Of a stretch of 64,000 nt of DNA, positions 1 through 18,911 are shown one piece after another. The stretch is from the human T2T-CHM13v2.0 reference genome, Homo sapiens, in NCBI RefSeq assembly GCF_009914755.1, contig NC_060942.1. The stretch is one strand, 5' to 3'. Made by a program: the position numbers and the translations under genes. The notes beneath the pieces were generated by a model, which was given only the letters and a program-made list of their open reading frames with translations, was not told the origin of the DNA and did no database searches. Position 1 is the first letter of the stretch; the number at the start of each line of letters is the position of its first letter.

Positions 1-255
1 CCGGGAAGCACAAGGGGTCAGGGAATTCCCTTTCCTAGTCAAAGAAAAGGGTGACAGATGGCACCTGGAAAATCGGGTCACTCCCACACTAATACTGCAC
101 TTTTCCAACAGGCTTAACAAACGGCACACCAGGAGATTATATCCTGCACCTGGCTTGGAAGGTCCTATGCCCACGGAGCCTCGCTCATTGCTAGCACAGC
201 AGTCTGAGATCAAACTGCAAGGCAGCAGTGAGGCTGGGGTAGGGGCGCCCACCAT
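1..255 (-). CDS. L1 ORF0 (antisense ORF), open for 85 codons up to the window edge: MVGAPTPASLLPCSLISDCCASNERGSVGIGPSKPGAGYNLLVCRLLSLLEKCSISVGVTRFSRCHLSPFSLTRKGNSLTPCASR
   Basis: Manual translation from ATG at 255 (GCAATGG context). Homologous to ORF0 MAGAPPPASLPPCSLISDCCASN. No stop in the window, hence absent from the ORF track. Confidence 0.75.
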   Translation of the reverse strand, partial: MVGAPTPASLLPCSLISDCCASNERGSVGIGPSKPGAGYNLLVCRLLSLLEKCSISVGVTRFSRCHLSPFSLTRKGNSLTPCASR

Positions 256-830
256 TGCAGAGGCTTGAGTAGGTAAACAAAGAGGCCAGGAAGCTGGAAC
301 TGGGTGGAGCCCACCACAGCTCAAGGAGGCCTGCCTGCCTCTGTAGGCTCCACCTCTGGGGGCAGGGCACAGACAAACAAAAGGCAGCAGTAACCTCTGC
401 AGACTTAAACGTCCCTGTCTGACAGCTTTGAAGAGAGTAGTGGTTCTCCCAGCACGCAGCTTGAGATCTGAGAATGGGCAGACTGCATCCTCAAGTGGGT
501 CCCTGACCCCCGAGTAGCCTAACTGGGAGGCACCCCCCGCTAGGGGCAGACTGACACCTCACACGGCTGGGTACTCCTCTAAGACAAAACTTCCAGAGGA
601 ACGATCAGGCAGCAGCATTTGCAGTTCACCAATGTACGCTGTTCTGCAGCCACCGCTGCTGATACCCAGGCAAACAGGGTCTGGAGTGGACCTCCAACAA
701 ACTCCAACAGACTTGCAGCTGAGGGTCCTGACCATTAGAAGGAAAACTAACAAAAAGAAAGGACATCCACACCAAAAACCCATCTGTACGTCACCATCAT
801 CAAAGACCAAAGGTAGATGAAACCACAAAG

Positions 831-1847
831 ATGGGTAAAAAACAGAGCAGAAAAACCGGAAACCCTAAAAAATCAGAGTGCCTCTCCTCCTCCAAAGGAA
901 CGCAGCTCCTCACCAGCAACGGAACAAAGCTGGACAGAGAATGACTTTGACAAGTTGAGAGAAGAAGGCTTCAGAAGATCAAACTACTCTGAGCTAAAGG
1001 AAGAAGTTTGAACCAATGGCAAAGAAGTTAAAAACCTTGAAAAAAGATTAGACGAATGGCTAACTAGAATAATCAACGTGGAGAAGTCCTTAAAGGACCT
1101 GATGGAGCTGAAAACCATGGCACAAGAACTACGTGACGAATGCACAAGCCTCAGTAGCTGATGCGATCAACTGGAAGAAAGGGTATCAGCAATGGAAGGC
1201 AAAATGAATGACATGAACTAAGAAGAGAAGTTTAGAGAAAAAAGAATAAAAAGAAATGAACAAAGCCTCCAAGAAATATGGGACTATGTGAAAAGACCAA
1301 ATCTACATCTGATTGGTGTACCTGAAAGTGACGGGGAGAATGGAACCAAGTTGGAAAACACTCTGCAGGATATTATCCAGGAGAACTTCCCCAATCTAGC
1401 AAGGCAGGCCAACATTCAAATTCAGGAAATACAGAGAATGCCACAAAGATACTCCTCGAGAAGAGCAATTCCAAGACACATAATTGTCAGATTCACCAAA
1501 GTTGAAATGAAGAAAAAAATGGTAAGGGCAGCCAGAGAGAAAGGTCGGGTTACCCACAAAGGGAAGCCCGTCAGACTAACAACTGATCTCTCGGCAGAAA
1601 TTCTACAAGCCAGAAGAGAGTGGGGGCCAATATTCAACATTCTTAAAAAAAGAATTTTCAACCCAAAATTTCATATCCAGCCAAACTAAGCTTCATAACT
1701 GAAGGAGAAATAAAATACTTTACAGACAAGCAAACACTGAGAGATTTTGTCACCACCAGGCCTGCCCTAAAAGAGCTCCTGAAGGAAGCACTAAACATGG
1801 AAAGGAACGACTGGTACCAACCACTGCAAAAACATGCCAAATTGTAA
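831..1847 (+). pseudogene. L1 ORF1p, disrupted
   Basis: Starts MGKKQSRK at 831. Frameshift near 870, premature stop TGA at 1009-1011 and others. Fragments in ORFs 817..1011 and 1288..1689. Confidence 0.92.
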
Positions 1848-1910
1848 AGACCATCAAGGCTAGGAAGAAACTGCATCAACTAATGAGCAAAATAACCAGC
1901 TAACATCATA

Positions 1911-5732
<3,822 letters not shown>

Positions 5733-6096
5733 ACAATGAGAACACATGGACACAGGAAGGGGAACATCACACACTGGGGACTGTTGTGGGGTGGGGGGAG
5801 GGGGAGGGATAGCATTAGGAGATATACCTAATGCTAAATGGCGAGTTAATGGGTGCAGCACACCAACATGGCACATGTACACATATGTAACAAACCTGCA
5901 CGTTGTGCACATCTACCCTAAAACTTAAAGTATAATAATAATAATAATAATAAAAGAAAAATTTAATTAAAGTATTTGGAAAACCCTAATCACATTAATT
6001 TTAGCTCAATTTCAAATCTGGAACTCTTAGTAACTCCCACTTAATAACTTACATAAGAATGAAAATCTAGAGAATGTCACATTATTTCCTGAGAGA

Positions 6097-6325
6097 AGAT
6101 TTAATTGAGCACATGCTACGGGGCAGGCAGTTTCTGAATTCTATCCATTCATTTATCTCATTTAATAATTATAAATTCATGCGATAGATATTAATATTAT
6201 CTTTATTTTATAGATGAGGAAACTGAGGCATAGAGAGGCACACACTAAGCAAGCTTTAAACTGAGATTCAAAGCCCAGCATTCTGACTCCAGTTTTCTCA
6301 TTTTTAACCACTAGTCTATACTGCT
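6097..6325 (-). mobile_element. MIR SINE
   Basis: Core tttatagatgaggaaactgaggcatagaga. Confidence 0.8.
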
Positions 6326-6479
6326 CTAGATTTTAGATTTATCCTAGGCTCATCAGGAGAACCTGTGCAACTCACTAGCAGACTACAGGCCACATTCTGA
6401 GAAGCATCCGTAACTATGATGACACCTCAAAATAATGCAATAGCATTGAGAAGATGCACTGGGGGTCAAAGCATTGGGG

Positions 6480-6900
6480 GTCAAAGATAGATTCTGTATA
6501 ATTAAGAAAGAACCAGCAGGACACTTGGTGACTGTTTATATGTGTGGGTTGAGGAAGGGGTCAAGAGGGAGCAGAGTCTGGAATGGCAACTTAGGAAGCA
6601 AACGGTAGAAAGAGCAAGTTTTTGGCTTGGGATGGAGGTTTGGTTTGATGCATAGACTCTGGGATGCTTCTGAGACATTCAGGTAGAAAAGCCAGGTGGG
6701 TAGAGTGACAAAGGAGCAGACAATGCTTGGAGTGGAGTGAAGAGAGCTGTCCCTGTATCTGCAATGCTGGTCCACGCCTACCCCAGCGGAAATCGTTCGT
6801 ACTTGAGAAAGTTACTGGCTGAGGCATGGATGTACAGGGGTGTATTGGGGGGGGTTCACATAAAGTGAGAACCATCTCCGTGACATGCTGGGGTGTGAAA
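6480..6900 (-). mobile_element. LINE-2 fragment
   Basis: Purine-rich degenerate L2-like sequence (tgagacattcaggtagaaaagccaggtgg). Confidence 0.5.
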
Positions 6901-7935
6901 CCAGGGAGGATAAAAAGCGAGACCAGAGGAAACCACAAAGCACAAATGCTGGCGCCCTTCCCTACTTGGAGTCCCCCATATGGTGCTGACCATGGTCCTC
7001 TTCATTCTACACTCTTAGGGTACTGGTCCTATGTGTGCCAATACACTGTAGGCTCCAGAAGGGCCTTCATCTCTTTGATTTTGTAGTTTTTGAAGAACCT
7101 AGCACAATGTAGAACTGTTTGTCCAATTATTTAGTCAGGGATTCTTCTCATTTTTACAAGAAGTCCTTTGGGGTCTAAGGTTCAAGCATCATTAGGCTGG
7201 CTCCATGTAAGATATCCTCATTAATAGAAAAGCATTCTAGCTTCATGCTAAGAAACCAATGGGAGGGAAAGTGAAGCAGTGAGGGAACAAAACAAACATG
7301 AGAATGGAGAACACTTGCACTTGTGTCTGGAACTGGTTATTAGTCATGTCAGCCTAATCAGATCAGAGGACTCCTTCAGACAAAAAAATAAGGTATTTTG
7401 GGTTGAGGCTCATTAAAATTTAGAGAGGTTAATTTCCTCCTTAACTTTAAGTAGCTAGAAAGTCAGAAATAATAAAGATGCGAGTAAAGTAGAGGATTTT
7501 AAATTTTTTTATAAGTAAAATCTGAAAATTGTTGGAAGTTAAAATATTTTAATTTTCCAAAAGACTTTGTGTAGTCTATTCTATAAAATAAAGATCAGAT
7601 GTTTAAAAAAATAAGATGAACTTGTTAAAACCAATGACCAAAATTAGATGGATTTAGATGTGCTAGCTCAGTTTTCCAAACTCAAATGTAGAAAATAAAG
7701 ATTCCTTTGGAAAACACTATCAAAATAATTTTTTAAAGATTATCACTTTTCATTAACATAACGCATGCCCTTTGAGGCTTAATTGTAAATAATCGGCTTT
7801 CAGTGTAGCTGTAGTGATTAATTCGCCTATGTGATGTTTAGCTTTCAAATGCCTGTAATGGCATGAATAAGCAACATTACGGCTGGAAATCAGGCCAAGT
7901 ATTTAAAAAGCAACAACAAAGAGCAAAGTACTCAC

Positions 7936-8050
7936 GCTGTGGCACTTCCAGTGGATGCCCTGTGACATCACACCATCCGATCGGGTGGATATCAGGGCTG
8001 TCTGCCTCCACCCAGTAGTCATACTTATGGTCCCAACCATCAAAATGAAC
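7936..8050 (-). CDS. L3MBTL4: L3MBTL4 internal coding exon, 115 nt, VHFDGWDHKYDYWVEADSPDIHPIGWCDVTGHPLEVPQ(R), end of the MBT repeat with aromatic cage residues
   Basis: ttttaacag|GTTCAT...CCACAGC|gtgagt, phase 0 to phase 1. HFDGW...YDYW...IHPIGWC is the MBT hallmark. Continues in frame from the 49261 exon across a 41,210-nt intron. Confidence 0.95.
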
Positions 8051-9068
8051 CTGTTAAAACGAGTTTTGAATGATTAGCATTTAGTAATTAGGATTTCACT
8101 ATTCCTGTATCAAAATATTTGAATACAGATGTCTGAAGCTGAGATTGAAATTTTATTGATCACACCTTGCAGTTGAAATAATATTTAATATGTGCCATTC
8201 TATAGCCTTCTAATCCAGCCAACAAAGGCAATTGTACCAAATTTTCAAAGAAATTAAAGTGGTTGGTAAACGAAAACTTTGTCAGGGATTGACCAGAATC
8301 TGAAGAAGTAAGGCCAATCCATTTTCTCAACTAAGACACGTACTGGAATGCTGTTGAGGGGATACTCTTTGTCCTGAGCGACTGTCCTATTAACCACTTC
8401 AAGAACCATGTCAGCATCATCAACAGTAAGAGTCACCAACTTGACATTAGTACAAGTGCTATACTGATGGGAAATACACAGATTAGAGTATAAAGAAACA
8501 ATCAATCCCTAAAACCTCACAAATGAGAGACGGGCCCATTGGAACCATGGAGGCAAAAACAGTAGACAAAATATGCTAGGGGGTAGGTAGATAGATTTTA
8601 ATAGCTGCCATAAGAGCTATTTAAAGGCCAAGGGTAAGCTATTAAGAAATCTTCTGAAGAAGATCCAGCCATCCCCAGGTCCAGCCATCCTACTGGTATA
8701 GGCTCCAACAAGGCTAATTATTGCAAGGATAATTTATCTTGCATCTTATCTGCAAAACACACACACACATACCATGCACACATATAAGAATAATTAAATA
8801 AATCCCAATTTCTGAAACAAAAATCAAATAATTATTTCTTAAAAATAATTATTTCTTTTAAAAAATCTATATCCTTTCTAATGCAAAGAAGCCCACTTAA
8901 GTTTTTGAAAATCATATTTGAATAAAAAGAGCAAGATGCCTAGTGCTGTAATAAGCCAATCTGAAATATAAATCCATTATGCAGAACTTAAGACCAAAAA
9001 AGCAAAATTCTATATATTCAGTCCCAAATAAACTCCCAATATTTTTTCTCAAGAGTCGTCTTTCTAAG

Positions 9069-9251
9069 CAAGTGGTTTTCAAAGTGTGATTCTTAGACTA
9101 TCAGCATCACCGACCTAGGCACTTGTTAAAAATGCAAATTCTTGGCTCCACCTCAACCCTACTGAATCAGAAACTCTAAAGGTAGAGCCTAACACTGTGT
9201 GTTAACAAGTGTTCTACATGAATCTGTTATATGCTAAAGTCTGAGAACCAG
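9069..9251. mobile_element. MER5A (hAT-Charlie) DNA transposon
   Basis: agtggttttcaaagtgtg...aaatgcaaattcttgg...actgaatcagaaactct...agtctgagaacca. Confidence 0.85.
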
Positions 9252-9586
9252 AGATTACAGTAATAACTTTCAAAAGTACATTTCTACTGAACTTAGGTTC
9301 CTGACCATGACAGAGTGCCCTTTCATAGTAATAACCATAAAACTGGACATATGCAGGGAATATTTTCGGACATCGGACAATAGGCAGCACAGAAATGCAA
9401 TCCCTAAGTAAAGGAAAACATCCCAGATGAGCCCTTAACATCAGCCTGGAGACAATTTCCTGATTGCAGCACACAGAGAAGAAACATAAAGAAAGCAGTT
9501 ATGCAGTCAGAGAGACAGAGATTGCAGATCAGAGTGCATGATGCAGCTGGAAGTTAAAAGACAAAGTATTGGAAAAGACAGAACTA

Positions 9587-9893
<307 letters not shown>

Positions 9894-10289
9894 GTGGGGG
9901 ACCAAAAAGTCCATGGGAGGTTATTCACAAGACCTTGACCAAGGGCTGGACTGCCCATGTACCAGGTAAGACTTTCTGAAGCCAAGCAGAGAGTAGCTGA
10001 TACGGGGCTGAGAATGAAACAAAGATACTAGAGGTCACAAGTTCCGGGGAGAGGGGAGAGACTAATGTGGAGAAACCTCAATTAACACTTTGACAATTTG
10101 ACTGAGACACCACAAAGTTCACATTTTGGGGAAAGAAAGATGCTCTAGATTAATAATTACTCATGAACAACCCTAAAAAAGGGGTAAAATCAAGCCTTAG
10201 CCAGATGAAGAATTACCAGTAATGAACTCCCTGATAGAACGAACTCTACTCTTAAAAAAAAAAAAAAACTCCCACTATATGCTGTATCA

Positions 10290-13200
10290 TTCATTACATA
10301 TAACATACAAAAGTTTATTAAACATGTAAATAAGCAGATGATTGTGAGCCATACTCAATTTGTGAAGAAGTGGTCAACAGAAATAGAACCTAAGATAACC
10401 TAGATGTTGTAATTAGCAGAAAAGGATTGCAAAGTAGTTAGGAAAATATGTTCAAAAACTTAATTGAAATGGTCTAAATGAGTGAACAGAGAATTTCAGG
10501 AGAGAAATGGAAACTATAAAAGAGAAGCACATAGAAATTCTAGAAGTCAATAGCAAAATATCTTAAATATTGCTGGATGACAATATTATTGCTGGATGGC
10601 AATAATAGGAGATTGGAGATGGCAGAAAAACAGATGAGTGAATATAAAATATAAAAACAGATTCATAGAAGTTATTAACCTAAAGAACAGATGATGTTCC
10701 GGTGTGATGGCTCACACCTATAATCCCAGCACTTTGGGAGGCTAAGGCAGGCAGATCACTTAGAGCCAGGGGGTTAAGACTAGCCTGGCCAACACGGTGA
10801 AGCCCCATCTCTACTAAAATGCAAAAATCAGCTGGTGTGGTGATGCATGCCTGTATTCCCAGCTACTTGGGAGGCTGAAGCACAAGGATGGCTTGAACAT
10901 GGGAAGCGGAGTTTGCAGTGAGCCGAAATTGCGGCACTGCACTCAGCCTGGGTGACAGAGCGAAACTCTGTCAAAAAAAAAAAAAAAAAAGATGATACAA
11001 GATTTAAATAATAAATAGAGCCTGATAATATCAACTCATCTAACATACGCATATTTGGATTCTAGAAGGAGAGGACACAGAGAGAATGGAGCAGGAATAG
11101 TGGTCAAACAAAACCAACGCAGAAAGGATAATGGTTAAAACAAAAAATCTCCCTAATTTGGCCAAAAATACCAATTTGCAAGCTTAAGAATGACAAAACC
11201 TGAGCATAATAAATACAAAGGAAATGAAAACTAGGCAAATCATAGACCACTGAAAATGAAAGCTAAAGGGAAACCCTGAAAGCAACCGGACACAATGCAA
11301 CACATTGCAAAGAGCAGAGCCACGATGGGAAAGTGGGCCACCTTCTCACCAGAAACAGTGCAGGCAAGAAGATAATAAAATGACATCTTTAAAACGCTAA
11401 CAGGAAACATAAAAAACTGTCAACACAGAATTTCAATTCCTACAAAAAATATCCTTCAAAAAAGACTAAAACAGAGAAATTTTCAGATAAACAAAAAAAA
11501 AGAATACGCACTTATAGATTTATACTGTAAGAAATATTACAGGGAGTATTTCAGGCTGATGCTAAGTGATGCCAGATGAAAACTACGATCTACATGAAGA
11601 GTACTAGCAACAGCAAATATGCGGGGAAATATGCAAGGCTAGTTCCGTGTTCTGTAATTGATTAATTCATTACACCACAGAAGAAGAAGAAAAGTAATGT
11701 GGTCATCTCAGTGGATACAGAAAAAGTATTTGACAAAGTTCAATACACAATGACAAATACTTCAGTAAACTAGAAATAGAAGGGAACTCCCTCAGTTTGA
11801 TAAAAGGCATCTATGAAACACAGGTAATATCAGACTAAGTAATACTTTATTGAATGCTTCATCCCCAAAATCAAGAATAAGGCAAGTTTATTCATTCTTA
11901 CTGTTTCTAGTCAACATTGTAATGTAGTGCAATTAGGCAAGAGAAAGAAATATTAATAAAAGGCATGAAACTTGCAAAATAAGTCAACATAAAACAATCA
12001 ATTCTATTAATATATACTGGCAACAAAAAAATTTAAAAAATATTAATTTTTTAAAAATTTCCTTTAGAATAACATTAAAAATGAAGAACTTAGCAAAACA
12101 TCTGAGAAAATAAGAAAATGTGAAAGCTAGAAAACATTCCTAAGAGAAATTAAAAGATGATCCCACACAAGTGAAGAGAACTATCATGCCCACAGGCTGG
12201 AAGACTCAATATTATTATTGATATGTCATCTCTTCCCAGATTGTTCCATAAATTCAATTTAATCCTACTCAAAAAGGTAGGCCTTTTGTTTTGTATCATT
12301 TGACAAGCAGATTCTAACATTATAAAGGAATGAAAAATGACCTAGCTTACCCAAAACAATTTTGTAAAAAAAATTAACAAAGTTGGAGAACTGATACTAT
12401 CTGAATTTTAGAATTACTACAAAGGCACAGTTATTAGGACCATGTTGTACTGGCTTAGGATAGACAAATATATTAATAAAACAAAATACTGCATATAAAT
12501 TGATCCATATATATGCAGTCAATTGATTTTCAAAAACATGACAAGAGTATTGAATGAAGAAAGTACAGTCTTTTCAACAAATGGCACCAGAATGCTTGAA
12601 CATCAACATGTGAAAAAAAATGAGCCAGCTGACTTCTACCTCACATCACACATACACAAGTATTTGAAATGAAACATAAACAAAACATAAAAGCTAAAAC
12701 TACAAAACCCAAGAAGAAAACTTTAAGATAAAGTCTTCATGATATTGGAATATTCAAGGATTTATTAGCACACAGAAGGCACTACCCATATAATAATAAA
12801 TTAATAAATTCATTTTTTACCTGACTCAAAAACTTTTGTTTTTCAAAATCACCAAGAAAAATATGAAGTGAGCCACAGGCATTTGCAATACATTTATCTG
12901 ACAAGAGACTTGACAAAAAATTCAATGTAAAAAATGAGCAAAAGACTCAATGAACATTTTGGAAAAAAAATTCATGAATGATCAATAAACAAACTTTTAA
13001 CATCTCAATATCACTCTTCACCAGAGAAACCAAAATGAATTACTACCGCATACCCACTCGAGTGATTTAAATGACAGACAAAATTTCCCAACATCAGTTA
13101 CTGCCGAGGCTGTGGAGCTCCTGAAGCATTCATACCAATGTCGGCAGGGGTGTAAAATTGCACAACCACTTTCAATAATGTTATACTACTTTTTAAAGAA

Positions 13201-13745
13201 GCTTAAACCGTGTGCCTACCCTGTGACTCCTAGTAATTCCAACAAAAGTGATGAAAATATAAAGTTGTGTAAACAAATGCCCCTTGCAGTTTTATTCATA
13301 ATAGCCCAAACCTGAAAACAACCCAAATGCCCAACAGGTGAACATTCATTCACAAACAAGTGTGCAATGTCCATAAAACGAATGCTAGTTCAGCAATAAA
13401 AAGGGATAAACTGTTTACACATGCATGAACATGGGAACAACAGACTTCATGTTGAGCAATGAGGCAGACACAACAGTGCATGCTGCATGACCCCACTGAT
13501 AGGAAATCTGACAACAGGCAATAGAAACCAGGTCCATGGTTGTCTGGGAGAAGGATGGGAGCAGGACTGGCTGAGAAGGAGCACAAAGGAAGCTTCTGTG
13601 TTGTTGGAAGTGTTCTACATCTCGACTGGGATGGTGGCTATGCAGGATATATTATACATTTTTCAACACTCATCAAAATGCGTGCATGAAATCTGTACAT
13701 CTTATCATTTGCAAATTACATCTCAATATAGTTACTTTATTTAAA
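10290..13745 (+). mobile_element. Old L1M (L1MC/ME-type) fragment: ORF1, partial ORF2 and 3'UTR remnants
   Basis: A-rich degenerate L1 motifs (gatacagaaaaagtatttgacaaagttcaa; gcagttttattcataatagcccaaacctgaaaacaacccaaatg), interrupted by an Alu. Confidence 0.75.
10696..10990 (+). mobile_element. Alu (AluSz/Jb-like) inserted in old L1
   Basis: Full dimer with A18 tail and TSD-like agatgat on both sides. Confidence 0.9.
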
Positions 13746-15799
13746 ACATTTCTACATTCAGCTGCTGTCACATGTGGCTGCTCTGTCTCCTACTATCTTC
13801 TACTGATGGCGATGTTGCAGTGCTCAAGACATAGCCAGGCACCCTAGGACTGTCAGTACCAGGCCACTGAATATTCAAGGTGTGAACAGGCAACACTGGT
13901 GTTCCTTTTTGGAATGATGCCTCCTGCTCTGGAATTACCAATAGGAAGAAGTTTGTGTAAGTCCATATAATGGAGTGAAGAAGAAATAAATTTCCCAAGC
14001 TTCAACTAATTTCAATGCCCTTCCCCTTTTAAGTCTGGGGTGCAATTTTTTTATGTTTCAAAAGCAAGGAAGTTGTGTCAAAGCACAAACAGGACAGGAC
14101 AAATACCCCAGCAAGGTCCTGCTTTGAGGAGTTAGGTCTTTCTATTTTAACTATTGTGGTGGACCTGGGAATCCGACTGCAGAATTAGGTCTCAACTGAA
14201 GAAGTGAAAAAAAAAATCTTTTTCAATTTTTTTTGACAGCAGGTACAATATTTTTACATACCCTATTCAACATTTTCCTCTTATGTTCATTAATAAATAT
14301 TAAATTATCATTTCCAGGATTGTCTATAACTGCTTACAATGAAACCATGGAAATTAAAAATAGCCTCCCAATCCAATGATGTGATTCTCCCCTCCCCAAC
14401 AAGGGCTGTCTAAACTCTGAATTTATAATCAAAATCTGTGCCTATGTAGAATACATCCTTATGAAAGATATTTTCATATCTTTGGATCATATCTTTGGAT
14501 CTGTGGAATAAAAATCCGATTTAAAAAATTCTAACCAGATGGTCAAGTTAATAGAGGAGACTGGCATTTTAAGTCTATTTACCAAGAGTCCTTTTGTAAA
14601 GCAAAGCCTCATTTTGAAAACCAAATCATCTCAACATTATATTTCATACATTTATTATTTTTCACATATCTGGGTTTGCATAAAATAAACATGTAGACCC
14701 TTCTTGCTCAAGCTTTGATAAACTAGAAAACAAAGGTCAGATCACTGAATCAACCACTGTCTCAAGTTCTTATCCTTCAACAGACAGGAATGTGTCCTAA
14801 TGGTATTAACGTTACACATTAGCTATTAAAGAGCGGTAAGAAATAACTTGGAAATTTAAAAGTTAGATCAGCATATTAAAAACAACAACAACAAGGAAAA
14901 ACTCCTTGGCATAAATCCCACACTTCCAGCCGTCTGCACCAACACAGTCTCTGCTTTTCCTTATCTTTACTTCCCAATGCCCACAGTAGGACTTGCCCTG
15001 AGCCCCTTAAATGTACCCCAACGCCTCAGTCATGTTCGCTGCTCCCATGGCACTTAGCCCTGTGTCTCACAGATTTTAAAGGCTCAAAGCCCATTGTCTG
15101 AATAAGATGCAAGACAGTAATCACATCTTCTCATTGTTCTTTTGGGCAATTGGAAGACGAGGAAGTTATTATAATACCTAGGAACATTGGGGCTAAATTG
15201 AATGCTCAGTCACAATAATTTTATTAGCCTAAGTGACTATTACATTGTTTTATTTTGCTATAAACCTTTTTTAAATTTTTAATTTCCACTTTAATAGGCT
15301 TATTGGATACGTTTGTTTTACTGTCAGAGTCCTCAAATCTATTTTACATGCTTATGGCAAACAAATTGTAAGCGCAGACATGATGTTAACTTCTTCAGAA
15401 ACAGCCTGTATTGTGCCTGAACTCTTCTAGCTTTAATTTAATACATTTTGAGTTAACTAGGCTTAAGTTTCATTCTAGAGAGGAGAACTGGGTTTTAATA
15501 TGTTTTCCTGATACCTATTGCTCATAACTATTGGTGCTAATAAGATTATAGTTCATCTTACTTCCTGTGATGCCAGGCTCTGGGCTCTGTTGAGGGATGG
15601 CAAAGGTGGGTTCAGGGATAGTACTGAGGCAAGACATCTGCCCTGCTGTGGGGCAAGAATGCTTGCACCGTGCCTTTACAGAATACTATCATAATCCAAG
15701 AGCAAGAGTGTTGGGTATGGCAGGGGACACACTTTTATTGTACACATATATTCCAGGGATAGTTGTAATGTGTGTGTGTGGACACACATACACAGACAT

Positions 15800-16045
15800 G
15801 GCACAGCCACAGCTCACTGCAGCCTCAAACTCCTGGGCTCAAGTGATCCTCCTGCCTCCCAAATAGCTGGAACTACAGGCGCATGCCACCACACCACACC
15901 ACTCAATTATTTTATTTTGTTTTTTTGTAGAGTCAAGGTCTTGCTATGTTGCTCAGGTTGGTCTCAAACTCCTGTTCTCAAGTGATCCTCCTGCCTCAGC
16001 CTCCCAAAGCTCTGGGATTACAGGCATGAGGCACTGAGTGCGGCC
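15800..16045 (-). mobile_element. AluJ, tail end missing
   Basis: agctcactgcagcctcaaactcctgggctcaagtgatcc...tgggattacaggcatgag. Confidence 0.85.
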
Positions 16046-16929
16046 CTATATAGCGCCTCATTTAATGTTCACAGTACTATTTTAATAGATGATTAATAGG
16101 GGCCTCACAGATGTTAAGAGGTTTGCCAAGATCATAAGCCAGTAAATGGCAAAAACAGACTTAACCTGAGAACAGTTTACTGAGAGAACCATGCAAGAAA
16201 ATAAATCAGGAAAACAATATAACTGACTAAATGAGGGATATAGTCCAGAGCTACCCATACTTTTCCACAGTAAACATTAACTCCACATTCAGTCCATCTG
16301 CTTGCAGACAAGGGTAATGAAGGAGAGAGCATGAAGGAAAGGAAAAATATATATATACCTTCAAAACACCTTACTCTCATGTTATTATCCCCATTTTACA
16401 TATAAGGCTACTGAGACAGGGATTATGAAATATGCCCCCAATTTCCAGATGACTGTGACTCCTAAACCCTCCCTCTCCCCCAGGCCACATGCCTGAAGTG
16501 CTGTTCTGTGGTTTTGGAACCGGCTGCCCCTAGGTTTGTTCCTTACCACTGCTTCCACACTCACTTATGGTCAATTAACTCAACTCCTTGTCCCTGCTAA
16601 CCTCCCTCAAACTCATCTGCTTTTCCACAAATATAGTTGCTTCCATCTTCCATTTAATCCTTTCCCATAACAAATATCATAGAAAAACTTTTAATCACTA
16701 AGTTGGAAAATTAATAGTTTTCACTATAGGTATTCTAAACCTATTTTTATTTGTAAGGCCACTGCCCAAATTCATCAGGTTTCTTAAAGCAGTGTTTTTC
16801 AAAATTTATTAAGCAAAATATGAACCATCCTCTCCTCCAACCAAGATCTAATTCAGTGGGAGTCAAGAATGAAGGTCAAAATCTGTATTTTTTAACCACA
16901 AACCCTAGATTATTTGCTGTTTTTCCATG

Positions 16930-17265
16930 CTTGTATGCCAATGTTCATGGCAACAGCATTCACAATGGCCAAAAAGTGGTAACAATCCAAGTGTCCGTCA
17001 ACTGATGAATGGGTATGTGGTATGTACACGCAATGGAATATTATTCAGCCACCAAAAGGAACGACGTTCTGACATGCTACAACACAGATGAACATCATGA
17101 TAAGCAAAGTAAGCCAGGCACAAAAGGACAAATATCTACTTATATCTAGAATAGGCAAATTCATAGGGACCAAAAGTAGATTAGAGGTTAATAGGGTCTG
17201 CAGGGAGGTAGGACTGGGGAATTACTGGTTTTTGGGTACGGACTTTCTGTTTGAGGTGAGGACAA
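16930..17265 (+). mobile_element. L1MB 3' fragment
   Basis: atgttcatggcaacagcattcacaatggccaaaaagtgg...atggaatattattcagcc. Confidence 0.75.
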
Positions 17266-17289
17266 TTTTTTTTTTTTTGCATTTTACAT

Positions 17290-18911
<1,622 letters not shown>

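Noticed and set aside
6460-6487. Duplicated ggggtcaaag as a nuclear receptor response element
   Set aside because: Half-site spacing of about 9 nt is non-canonical. Most simply a short tandem duplication.
5960-7935. Next L3MBTL4 exon (zinc-finger region) between the L1 and exon 7936
   Set aside because: No CPTPGC-type coding sequence found by eye on the minus strand, so the next exon should lie beyond the left edge.
14476-14501. 13-bp tandem duplication atatctttggatc x2
   Set aside because: Ordinary slippage indel with no evidence of function.
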